64,000 nt of DNA. Origin: Marsupella aquatica. Its lineage: Eukaryota > Plantae > Marchantiophyta. Of this stretch, positions 14,300 through 26,200 are shown piece by piece (within the stretch, counting starts at the first letter, position 1; each line of letters begins with the position of its first letter). The notes under the pieces are model-generated. The model saw only the letters and a list, made by a program, of their open reading frames with translations, was not told the origin of the DNA and ran no database searches. The stretch is taken from assembly GCA_973895155.1 (NCBI GenBank), contig OZ316892.1:820917-884916 (forward strand). Direction: 5' to 3'. A program made the position numbers and the translations under genes.

Positions 14300-15394
14300 G
14301 TTTGCACAAACTCTGATCAAAGACTATGTATTTGATGTTTGTTATTAAGTGTGAATTTGAGTTTTTATGAATTGTGATAATAAAGTCTCAAATACAAAAG
14401 ATTTTGGATGCAGTCATTAGAATACCATAATTAAAACAAAATAGTTATGTTTAATGACTAAATTGTATAATGATTAGCTAGAATCCAAGAGTTAGGATAA
14501 TTATGATACTCTGAGTAGGGATGATAGCTAAATATTAAGGGTGCTAAGCATTAAGGGCAGGAAAGTGCCGGTGGGTGTGATACCTTGAAATATATAAATG
14601 TTTGATAGATAAAGGGATAATTATGTACCCCTTTGAAATTTGTCATCAGTAATAAAGTGGGCAACAAAATAAAGAATTAAATAACATCATACAAAGTAGG
14701 AAACTATTTTGGATTAGGAGGCGTGTGAAAAGGTCCCCTAGATTGAGAGTCTATCATTTGGTCATATAGTTTGTTCTTTTTTTTAGTTCAATCTCCTTTT
14801 TTATCGGTTGTGTGTAATGTGTGACCCCCTAATAGTGTTGCAAAGAATGATAATAAAGTATAATTAGTCATTAACAAGTCATGATTTATACATTAAAGTA
14901 TTGTCTAAGTACAACTAGGTTAACCGTCAAGAACCTTTAACGGTTTGTACGTTGTGTGGGGTGTACCCAACTTCATGAGATATGGGACAAAAGGGTGGCC
15001 GACAAGAAAATCAGCATTGTCAGGATTGTACCCTCTCCATTCAAGAAAATATCATCACACGAGGGATTGTACCCTCAGTCTCCATTCAAGAGAAGAAGAG
15101 TCATCATTGTTTGGATACAGAAAGTAGTGGAACGAGGGAAGCCATTGCTCCAAGACGTAGGAGGAAGAGGATTCAAGCACCATAAAAGGAAAGGCACTAA
15201 GACCACCGTCCGCTATTCAATTGACTGTGCCATTGTTGAAACTACTTCAATCTATGAGACCAACATGTTTGTCAAGTACATTAGAGTTTTCACAATGCAA
15301 GCCCCCCGTTGAAATCTTTAGGAAGGAAGGATGTTCCGAATGTTTGTAAAGTTGATAAGTTGACTGAACTACCTTCATTTGTAAAGATTTCACA

Positions 15395-18300
15395 ATGACA
15401 TCTCCAAATCAAACCCGAGTAGAGGTCCCTCCAACCAAAAATAAACAACCTCGATCAACTCCAAAAGAAAGATTGAGGAACTCAATCTCTGAGGTGGCTT
15501 TCATTGAAGAATACAAATAGATATTTGAAAGGGCTCAATGCTATGGACTTGTCCAAATTGATAGGTTTGTATCAATTGATCGTGCTTGTCAGCTTCACAA
15601 AGATATTATGGATGTCAATTTTGCAGATACTGCAATGTTTATCACATACAAAGCACAAGCCTACCGCATCCCCAACAAGGAATTAGCCACTTTGTTTGGG
15701 ATTTCCGCCCCAGACAACCTACCAGCTGACTATCCAATTGAGGCACTTATGGGAAGAGAGATGAGTGCCTTCCTAAAGCAAGGAGGAGAGCTCCAGCATG
15801 AGAAGAAGGTCCAATATGCCGTTATAACAAACCAAGAGGTCCGCAAGTATGTAGAGTTCTTTATTAAGTGCGGGACTAAGTGGGTAATCCTCAAGAGTGG
15901 GTACCACTATGTAACGCCAGAGCAACTATCAATTGCCAAGAGAGTATTAGATGGAACTCTTCACCCATTGCTAATATGGAAGCGCAACCTTGCAAGTGCT
16001 ATAACCAGGAAGGGGCTACCATTGTTTCTGTCAGTTTATGCACATGTATTAAGCATAGTGATGGACCACGCCCTTACTACCGACAGGGTCACAACCGGGG
16101 TCACAATAATCTCCTTGCAGGACAGCAATTCAGAGGAGCGAGAGGAGGCAAACCAGGAGGAAGAAGAAAAGGAGGAGTTGGAGAGCGAGGATGGGGAAGA
16201 AGAGAATCCGAGACTCTATGCCCCAAAGGGATCCCTGGTCTTGGGCCTGGTCTAAAGCAATGAAGATGAAGTGGACAATTCTGATGAAGAAGGCGCACAA
16301 GGATTACGCACATTGAGGATAAAGGGGAATGCGTGTGTTAAGTCCTTGAAAAGAAAGAAAAGGAGAGTGATAATCCCGGGTCGAAGAGGAAGAAGAAGCT
16401 ATGACATCTACTGCCCAATCTGACTATGTATACCACCAACCAGTGTTGACAGAGTTGCTATCAAACGTTGTCATGTCTGAGCTCACCTCCTTTGAGTAGA
16501 GGATGAAGTTTATTAATCGACCCTTCCCTGTAGGAACTGACAAACGTTTGTGGTTACAACAAGCCAAGGAAGTGCGCGGGTTGGCCCACATTTGTGCACT
16601 CGAAGCAGAAACTGGGGCAAGAGAGAGAGAAAAGGCAAAGCAGCAAGAAGAAGATTTGTTCAGAAGCGCCAACACCAACCTTAAGCTCCAAGGGAGGATT
16701 GAGAAGTTGGAGACTTTGCTGAAGGAAAACAAGGAGATGGTGAGACTCCTCAATGAGAAGGTGGACTAAGATACGAGAACAAATGTTACATGAGCAGGAG
16801 ATGAAGTCCCAAGAAAAAGAGGCAAGGATTACTTTGCTAATAGAGGAAGTGACAAATGTCCGGAAGGAAGCAGAGAAGCAACACACTCAGATTACCACAA
16901 AGGCAGAAGAATTGAGTCGGTATTGTTCTAGGAGTTGTAGTACACAATGTTTTTGAGATCCTGGAGACAGTCAGTAAAGCTCTGACGGAAAATTTGGAGT
17001 AAGGAGAGTCGGAGTCAGAAGATCAAGAAGAAGCCTAGGAGATAGTACCAATAAGGGCAGAGTTGGGATCCACAACTAATGTTAATGTGGATCCACCAAA
17101 ATACAATGAAGAGGATTTTGAGACTGACGAGGAAGACGAGGAGGGCGAAGCACCTCAAAACTTGGATGCAGAGAGTGAGGGAGGAGTAGAGGCCTTACAA
17201 AACCTGAGTAAGCAGGCCGAGCAATGTCGCAAGAGCCTCAAGAGGAAACAGAGGCAGTAACCTCCCAGAGGAAAATGAAGACGAAGATGAAGAAGAAGGG
17301 AGGAATGCGACCTTCCAACAACCCACACTGTCCAAACTTCCGGATACCACCAATCTGGCAAAGTTGAGGACTTCTGCCCAACAACTGGCGTTCATAGGGA
17401 AGCCAATCCCCAACACCAGGGATCTACATTATTGGTTGAGGGATTTGAAGGAGAGCAAGGCAATGGTGAGGATAGCAGTCTTGGAATCTGAGGGCAAGAT
17501 TTTGGACATGGAGAGGCTGAGGGTAGCAGAAGAGAAGGTTGAGCAACTCCTCGTAAAGGTACATAAGAAGTCCAAATCTAACAAGCTTGCATTGAAACAA
17601 TTGGAGAACTCAGAGGGATTGCTAGACAAAGCAAGGGAGAAAAATGAGGAAACACCCCCAGCCCTGCAGTAGGTCCGGGAGGCGGTCCGAACACAGGCCT
17701 TAAAAGTCAAGTTAGGAAAGGCCTAGAAGGAGAGAAAGAAGCAACAGGAGCTGCTGGCTGACAAGGAGGAAGAATGGAGTCACCTCTTGTCGACCGTCGA
17801 AGAGGAGTTAAACGAGGTAACCACCCAACATGCAAAGTGCAGTTTTGTGTCCCAACAGAAAGCCGATGAGCTGCAAAGGGTAATTGAAGAGTTGGAGCAG
17901 AGAGTAGGGGAAGGAGAACAATTGGCACTCCGGCTGTCCAACTAGCTGATTGCGCATGGGAAAAGAATGGAAGAGCTCGCAGAGAAAGAGGTGTCAGCCA
18001 AACTGGTGGCTTTGGAGTGTGAGGAGAAGCTCCAAGAAGCAAGGAGAGTCAAGCAGGAGCTACAAGGACAATTGGAGGAGAAGCAGACATACGTTGCCGA
18101 GTTAGAAGAAGAAGGAGAAAGAAGAGAGAAGGAGAGGAAGAGATGGCTCCAGGAAGTGGCGAGTAAGGAGCTTGTCCAACAATGCAGTTAGGTGGTCCGG
18201 ATTCCGACGGACACTTACGAGGCCTGGGACCTAGAAGTACAGAGCCTACGGCATGAGGCTGCCACAACAGCTAAGTTATTGAAGGATGCACTGGCAGACT

Positions 18301-20136
18301 CGGTGGGGTATAACCACCGTGACAGCAAACAGCAAATAGCAAATAGTTACTCGTAACAGCAAACGGGTGGTAAAATTTTTGGAATTTTTTTTGGAATTTT
18401 TTTTTGGAATTTTTTTGGGGAAAAAATATTAAATTTTTTTTGTGAGTCGATAATTTTTGGCTAGCGCCCGGAGCTAGTAATAGTATCGCCTTACACTAGC
18501 AAAAAATTGTCATGTTTTAAATTATTTTGAAAATTGTGACTTTTAATGACACATTTTAAGATTGTCTAGTTTGCTCGTAACAGTAAATTTTTGCTCGTAA
18601 CAGGAAATTTTTTGCTCGTAACAATAAATCTGCTTGCTATTTGCTGTCACGGTGAAAACCCTCGACTTGGTGCACAAGAGGAGGCTGGAACAACTCAAGA
18701 AGGTGAGTGTAAACTCATGGAAACTATTCACGGGGCAAAAGATAGCATCTGAAAATGTTATTGAAGTTGATGAAGCTATGGGGTTGGAAACTCTCCGTGT
18801 TATTTTGGCCACAGCAGGGATTAACAAGAGGGCCATTCGTCCGGAGGACTGCGATCGGATTTGGTATGACATCCCGGTCCGGATCAGATTTATGCTTCCA
18901 TTCTTTGAATAGTCGGGAGCCATTGGGTTCACCCAATCCAAAGACTTATATTTTAGATTGGGAGGAAGGGCCAACAACAGAGTCACATAAATCTTGCTAT
19001 CCGAACTGGAGCGAGAGCACCCTGACCACCCCCATTATGTGACCCTCATGGCAAATGTGAATACTGCGCATCCCGACTGTTTGACGTGGAAACTCCATTG
19101 GTTCTATAGTTTAGCAGTACATAGGAAAGTCTTTGATTTAGTAGAAGTAGTAATGAAGTCCTGGGCGGTGAGAGAAATCCATACCAACTGTGGGAAGTAT
19201 ACTCTGCCCCTCCTAGTTATTTTTCTCCAAACGGCCGGATGGCACAACGAAGAGAGAAATGGGACGAGTGTGATTTTTAATCCTTACTACACGTCCCATT
19301 TTATAGTAACCAATGAGTGGATGAGCTTCGTAGACCTTCCCGTCCTACCCCAATTCAGTCATCTTGCCATGACTCATTTTTATTCACTCTAGAGGTAGAG
19401 ATCTAGCTAAAGTGGCTTGTGCAAAGGACACTATCCAAACCGACGAGCTTCCTTTTGATCCAATTGATTTGAGTCTGGGTGTTTGGGAAAAGACATCCTT
19501 TTGGGAAAGGATGACCCCTATGGAGAATGTAATTAGATGATTAGAGGCAAGTGTACATAATTATAGATTAGGAAATTATTTTGGACGTGCAAGACATCAC
19601 ACTAATTCTTCCGAGAGCTTGTAGACAATGACGGGTTTGGTGTACACATCAAGACCAACCCTATAGTTGTATATCATTCAATATGGCAGCATGATCCCTG
19701 GGTAAGGATGCGACTGCCCCAGCACAAGGCCAACCCACCATTAAGTCTTTTGGCTCAACTCCGGCGGTGGATAAATGCCCTTACGAATCGATATCCTTTC
19801 AGGCGTTTGCTTGCAGACCCCCACTACTTCCGGTGGTACTGTTTTGTGCGCTCTTTAATTGAAGTAGTGGATCGATCCGGACGAGCAGGCAAAGTTGACG
19901 TGGATCTTAATGGCGAGATGAAGTGTAAAGGGATGATCATGTGGAAGTTGTTTAGCCGGGCAGGGCCAGTAGCCGCATGGATGTACAATTTTTTAATAAA
20001 CGCCAAGTTCTTGAAGGGAGAGGACCCCATAATTAGATGCGGAGGACCACCAGCGCCAACTCAGGCGTACCTCATGATGGTATACCAACCCAATCCTAAC
20101 ACAGTGGACAATGAAATTGAGCTTGAGGACGAATGA
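15395..20136 (+). pseudogene. Very long decayed ORF (about 1,450 codons): acidic/coiled-coil N-half and unknown globular C-half; likely a retroelement accessory ORF
   Basis: ORFs 18634, 18994 and 19708 share one frame separated by isolated stops. ORF 17967 joins them once the 18315-18654 insertion is removed. ATG 15395 is in frame with ORF 15608. A few frameshifts in the 16-18 kb part. Confidence 0.5.
18315..18654. mobile_element. 340-bp non-autonomous TIR element with CACCG termini (CACTA-like MITE)
   Basis: Perfect 15-bp TIR CACCGTGACAGCAAA / TTTGCTGTCACGGTG and internal CTCGTAACA repeats. Excision with a 3-bp TSD (AAC/AAA) restores the host frame DSVGYN-TLDLVHKRR. Confidence 0.75.
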
Positions 20137-20979
20137 GGTCCTAACACTTACGAAGAATACCACAATTGGTGGATGGTCGTGGGTGAGACGCCGGGGGAAT
20201 GGAAGGAACGACCTTTGAGGCAGCGGAATGAGCTCCGACGACAGTGTTGGACTCGCCGCCGGATTACGGTAGTGGCAGCAAGGGATCCAGAGGTAGCCGC
20301 ATGGGAAGCCGCCCACGAAAGAGAAACAAGGTGACTGCCTATTGTGCCAGATGAGTAAAAGAGCGGCGGATAGGATTAGGTTAGGGAAGCACATCACTTT
20401 GTAGATGGACGGTGGCCATTACCCCATTCTTAGGACAGATTGTAAAGTATTTAAACCCCTAGCCTATCATGGGCAAAGGGGGGGAGAGCATTGCTCAATT
20501 ATATGGTACACATTCTTGCAAGCATAATCGTGTTGGTGTGTAATGTTCTTTTCCCGTTCTGATAAGTCAGTCTTTATTGAATTTGCAGTAGAGAATGTCG
20601 TTGAGGAAGTCAGGTTTTGGATGCTCACAATAGTGACAACATGAGGAGATTTTCCCCTGTATTGTAGTTTATCCAGACCAGTGTCAAGAGCGGTGTCGTA
20701 TTGTACTAGAGACACATATCATCATTTAAGCTCTAAAACTCGGTATTCGTTTCCATGGAAGAACATGTTGGGAATGGTTTACAATCATTTAACACAAATG
20801 AATGACTAAAATAACAAAACACAAAGATAAGCCTTTTACTTTGAATGCTCAGCAAGGCATAGATTTAAAAGTCTGCTTGACATTATAAATATAATTAACA
20901 AAATGGATGAAATTAACAAAATACAAGGAAATTTTGAGGTATGATGAGAGAGTCTAGAAAACACCAAGGTAACTTCTCA

Positions 20980-21370
20980 TTCAGCACGATTGGCAATATC
21001 GATGCCAATCAATGCGCCATTAGAGGGGTGATTACACCCTCACAGTGTTTATAGTGACGTAACGGAATTGGGCAAGCATCAAATGCATTCGGGCAGCGCC
21101 AACCAAAGGCTCCCTTGCCCTGTCCCCGCCGCGAGCCCTTATCCCTTCCGCGTCCTGACCCCGCGCCCTTAACCTTATCCCTGGCCCTGTCCCTCTTGCC
21201 ATTATCCCTCCCGCGCCCTCACCCCATGCCCTAAAACCCTATCCCTGGCCCTATCCCTCTCGCCATAGGGACGCGAGTCCCCTTCCGCACCACACGGCCC
21301 TGGACTCGGTGATCATCGCCCATTTACCTTGGTCACCCGCTATCACAAATTTGACCGGAGTCGTGAGTCG
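20980..21370 (+). repeat. MULE left TIR
   Basis: Reverse complement of 29791-30180 with scattered, mostly transition, differences. Confidence 0.93.
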
Positions 21371-21783
21371 ACCTAGAATGATTGTTGTACTCAATCCAGT
21401 ATCTAGTATACGATGATCCTAACAATGATTAAGACATTCCCGCCGATTCTATTTCCGCTCATTGCAATGCCCTATTGCAGTTCAGTAATGCGCATACCCT
21501 GCCATTTTGCACTTGTACAGCTCTGACAATCAAGCAAGCCGCATCGGAGGAGTGTGTGACTCTAGCAATCCTCTGTATCAAACGTGGTGCATTTCCGTGT
21601 TGTCTTCTGTCAACCTCGTGACCTTACACATTTCTCGCTTGGTATTTTGGAGAGAGGGCTGGGGTTTAGGGCAGTAAACAGACAACAATTCCAAGTTTTG
21701 TGACATTCCCGGTAAGGCATTTCACTTTACATGACGACTCTTTTTGATGTGCACATTGCCGTGATGAAAGAGGAGCCTGTTAT

Positions 21784-22266
21784 ATGGGTCCGTGTAGTGT
21801 TCATGTTGTTAATTTTATAGCAATAAACCCATTCCCAAAGAAATTCATCTATCGAGGGTGTACTGAGGCAACCCCTAGAGGGTTGTGTAAGATTTCAATT
21901 GAAGGTCCCCGAGAGAAGCATTGCAAGCATGACGCTGTCCAGAATGGAACGTTCACCAAATTCTTCCGATTTGAGCTACACCTGACAGACGGTAGCTTGC
22001 ATTGTAATACCGGCAAACCTGGTTTGCGAGCTGCAATTTGGGAAGCGGCCCGAGACTTACTTCGTCTCCCTGCATCTTCTCTAGCTGAAATGGATCCAGT
22101 TGATCAGTTCAAGGTTGTCCACGATTCTATGAAGAATGCGTCGCTTTGCAATGTTACGTTCAGGATCAATCGTGGCATCCTATTTGTCCACAACTTGGAC
22201 ATCATTTCATCAAACACTATATTGCCGCAATCCAGAATATGGTCCCAGACTCAATCGCCTGTGTGA
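21784..22266 (+). CDS. RPA1 C-terminal (Rep_fac-A_C)-like Zn-OB-fold protein carried in the MULE
   Basis: FIYRGC...LCK...HCKH...FFRFELHLTDGS...AAIWEAARDLLRLPASSL follows the Y.aC..C..C..Y.l.l.D.tg..f..a..l.g.sa pattern of RPA70 DBD-C. The true 5' end may be spliced. Confidence 0.6.
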   Translation: MGPCSVHVVNFIAINPFPKKFIYRGCTEATPRGLCKISIEGPREKHCKHDAVQNGTFTKFFRFELHLTDGSLHCNTGKPGLRAAIWEAARDLLRLPASSLAEMDPVDQFKVVHDSMKNASLCNVTFRINRGILFVHNLDIISSNTILPQSRIWSQTQSPV

Positions 22267-22451
22267 CGTACTCCTCGTCGCGCTTCCACACCTTCCACTT
22301 GATTTACACGCCATTCACCTACGCGTGGAAGCGGTGAATCAGCTCCGTTTGAAGGGTGCGTTGGCATTCTTCAATCCGCGTTGAAGGGTGCGTTGGCATT
22401 CTTCAATCCGCGTTGGCATTCTTCAAGCGCGACGAGGAGTACGTCACACAG

Positions 22452-22823
22452 GGAGACAGGTCTTCTCCAGGCTGCTTTCTTCAGCACACATTCCTGGCCT
22501 CTCGTTGCCGCTATGAAACTTCATCCTTAGTATATAATGATGGTGGAGTTCCTTCACTAATAAGCCCGTGTTTCTTATAGACATGGCAACCGTACGTACG
22601 CACATTCAAGAATGCCAACGCACCCTTCAATCCGCGGTGAATCAGCTCACCTAAACTTGGCATTCTTGAATGTGCGTACGTACGGTTGCCATGTCTATAA
22701 GAAACACGGGCTTATTAGTGAAGGAACTCCACCATCATTATATACTAAGGATGAAGTTTCACAGCGGCAACGAGAGGCCAGGAATGTGTGCTGAAGAAAG
22801 CAGCCTGGAGAAGACCTGTCTCC
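22452..22823. repeat. 167-bp near-perfect inverted repeat (hairpin) with 38-nt loop
   Basis: Arms 22452-22618 and 22657-22823; one mismatch seen (CTATGA vs CTGTGA). Confidence 0.95.
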
Positions 22824-22929
22824 TAATTACTACGCAGTCAGGGGCACAATGCGCCAGCGCTAGAGCATGGCAAAAAGAAGGGTGAAGTGAGTGCCCCCAA
22901 CACTGCCACCGAATTTATGCACCTGCGCC

Positions 22930-23218
22930 TCACTCCATTCCAATTATTCCCTCTAATTTGCGCCGTACTGTTGCTGCAGGTCCTCTACTCAAAGCAAGTT
23001 TGTCACGCGGTTTGAAGAGAACTGCAAAATATACCCACAACCCTCCGTTCCATCTCCAAATCTCTTTATTATGTTTTTTGAGTTTGTTATGCCTAAACTT
23101 GGATTTGTGGCGTGGGACAGTCTTGTGGACGACCAAATATGGGCCTGCTTGTAGACATTGATTTTGCAGTGCCCAAACACATCCCATGTGTGTACATGGA
23201 GCCAGAGGGCTCTGGATG
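22930..23218 (-). pseudogene. C-terminal (SWIM-finger) remnant of the MULE transposase
   Basis: Frameshifted GSMYT..GCVWALQ.N..K resembles the SWIM motif C.C.WA.qGN.CKH. Same strand as the N-terminal part at 28503-29350. Confidence 0.45.
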
Positions 23219-26200
23219 TGTGGAATGACTCGATATAGGTTTATGTAAGAAACTTGTCATTTTTTTGCTTTTTGAACAAGGAATAGTAAGAAAGACGTTT
23301 TAAGTGCTATCGGAGTAACTAGGTTTTAGGAACTTAAGTAGGTAGAATAGGAAAGATAGTGGAATGGAAGGTTACTGAGTTCTAAGCAAGTGACAAGGGA
23401 TAAGAAAGGTCTTTATGATGGGGCATACAACGTTCCGTCCTTATTTAGAAGAGGCGACTATTCCGAGCCGGAGAAACAACCCGACACTTGAAGTCTTAGT
23501 TTTGGTTCATATTTTTCCCATAGATGCTAGGAGGTCCCTAGAGCACCCCTAAAAAGTTAGATGTCAAGTGGGGTCTCAACCTAGGGTTTCCTTGTGTTTT
23601 GGTGTGACTTAAATTAACAAAATAGCGGGTCCCGGGAAAAATAGCTGATGAAATTTAGGAGTTCCAAGTTTGGAAGTGGGTTAAATATGGTCCACTCTAT
23701 CCCTGGAAACTTGTGGTAGAAGCTGGGTATCTTTGGTTACTTTTTGGGAGCATCTCAAAGGTGAGAAGAATTTTGGAAAACATAATAATTGACCCACTTT
23801 ACCTAATTTTAGAAAATCGGTGATAAGGTTTTGTTTAGATATTAGTAAACCAGGACATAGTCCTATGTCCAGAGAATATGTATATATACTCAGAAGTCAT
23901 TTTGGACTCATGTGTGATTTTTGGGGGTGGTCCAAAACGGTCTGGAAATAATGTTTTCCCAACAAAAAAATCCAAAATTTTTCTTAGTGTCAACCGCGTC
24001 GGCGGCGACCACGACTTAAGTACGAGGCCGGGGCGACTCAAGCACGAGGTCAGGAACACCATAAGGGTCAATACATGAGATGCTTGCTTCGAATTGGGAT
24101 CAAGAGGCAGCTACGAAATTGAATTGAGCTGCTATAGCTTCAGGCATGGGATGCTGATCAGAATTGGCTGGCTGCCTCGATGCTGCTGATTGGAATAGAT
24201 CTGCTTGCTATGGAGAATAGGCTGCTGCTGATCAAGAGCTAGTTGGCTGGCTGTGAGCTATGGTGGGCTATGAAATTGAAGGGCTGGCAGCTGATCAGAC
24301 TTACTGCTGCACCAGAATTAGAAGGGCTAGCTTCAAGCACGAGATGTTGAGTGTTGGCTGATTAGTAAGTATGCTGCAAGCTCAATAGTGTTACTGCTCT
24401 ACTAGCTACGAAGTTGAGAAGGGTGAGCTATGGCCGGCTGCTGGAGAATAGAGCTAGGCTGCTAGCAAATCGATTGAATGTAGTAGCAAACGGACCAGCT
24501 GCAAGGAAGGAATTAAGAGGGCTAGCTGCGAATTGGTGGGCTATGGTTGCTGCAAAATTCTTCTGCGATTTTGAATCACTTGCAAGGCTGGATGGCTATG
24601 GAGGTGGACTGAGAAGGGTGCTGCAAACCTGGTTGAGTTGTAGATTGACCTGCTGCCATTCGAATCCAACAGAGAATGATGCACTTTCAGATTGAATTCA
24701 AGAGAGAGGAAAATGGCTGCAAAAATTTATGTCCTTATCAAATTCTTCATAAGAAACGTAAGTATAATGAGGGTACACCTGGAATCTCCATAAGGGGCGT
24801 GTAAGGTAAGTGTAATCGGGTCACCGCTTACACCCGCTTTACACCAAAAATAGGCCTTGGGAGAATGGGCATAACTTTGGCTAGGGGTATCCGTTGGGGC
24901 CCAAATTTTTTTGTGCTGAGTTAGGGGAAGGTAAGCACCCCTTGGTGAAGGTGGAAACTCAGAAAAAGAGTCACTCAAATATATTTTTAGCCGAGGCCAT
25001 GACGGGGTCCCGATAGCTTGCAAACCAAAGTCGACATAGGGGAATGACTACCAGATTTAGGGGCTGACCTTTCTTGCACCCATACTACTTTAGTTAGGCT
25101 CTAGGGAAGGGTACTTACCTTTGTTCAAAGGTGTAAGGCCATCATGTTAAGAAAAGTAAGTATAGGGGGTAGTTTACTTAGGGTAGTTAGTAAAATAAGG
25201 CCATCTTTGACTAGGCACAACTTGAGACTCACTCACTCTTTTTGCGATATTTCAAGTGGGTTGGGAAGCTGGTGAGGAGGACCATAAGTGGGAGCAGGTT
25301 TGGAGGTCAAAGCATGCAACTCATGTGTGGCATATTCCAGGGCTTGAAAGGAGTCAAAACAATAGGTTGTAGGGTGGGCTACGAACTATAGAGTTGGACT
25401 TTGTGTGTTAGGAGGACTTGGGGGAGGAGTAGTTGGACCCCAGGTCAAGCTTGGTGTGGTGTGGAAGGAGAATAGTATATAAGGAGTAAGTTTTTATTTG
25501 TTAGGGACCGGGAGTCTCATCTCTTAAGTGGAATCTCTACCTTGCCAAGGTAGGGCTAAGCTTGAGAAGGGAGAGGTGGTCCATGCTTAGTGTGGAGAAT
25601 GTGTAGTGAACTTTTGTTATAAAGGTGATGCAATAAAATGAGACTTGCCAATCTTCATTGTGACCATTAAGTGTGAGTGCATTTGAAGTATATGAGAGCA
25701 AGAGAAGAGTCCATGCTATGATATAATCTTGGTCTAAGCTTGAAGGGGATGTGCTAGTACAAAACCAAGGCCAAGGAGGCAAGGTTAAGGTAGAGCACTA
25801 CTTTGAGACTTAGAAAGGATTATAGCTTGAGGGTGGAAAGTATTTTGCTTGGTGTGTGGTGTTAACAAGAAGTAAGAACAAGAGGAAGAGTCCTTAGATA
25901 GAGGAGCCTTCTCTAGAGCTCAAAGGGGGATGTGTGGACCCAAACCAAGGCCAGGGGGCAAGGTTGAGGGGTAACACTACTTTGAGGATCTTGAGGAGAC
26001 TTAAGCTTGAAGAGGAAAGTACTTTGGTTCTTGGGTGTTTGTGTGAGAATCTACTCTAAGGTGACAGCTTGGAGCGGAGATCCCCTTTGCTAATCCTTGG
26101 CGTAGAGGAGAGGGGAAGGGTGTGAGTACAAAAGTAGTCAAGGGGACTACCTCTCTAGAAGTGGAGAGTTGAAACTACTTATGTATGGAGTGATTAGACA

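Noticed and set aside
21784-22266. Helitron, suggested by the RPA-like gene
   Set aside because: No Rep/helicase or TC..CTRR ends seen. The gene lies within MULE TIRs with a 10-bp TSD.
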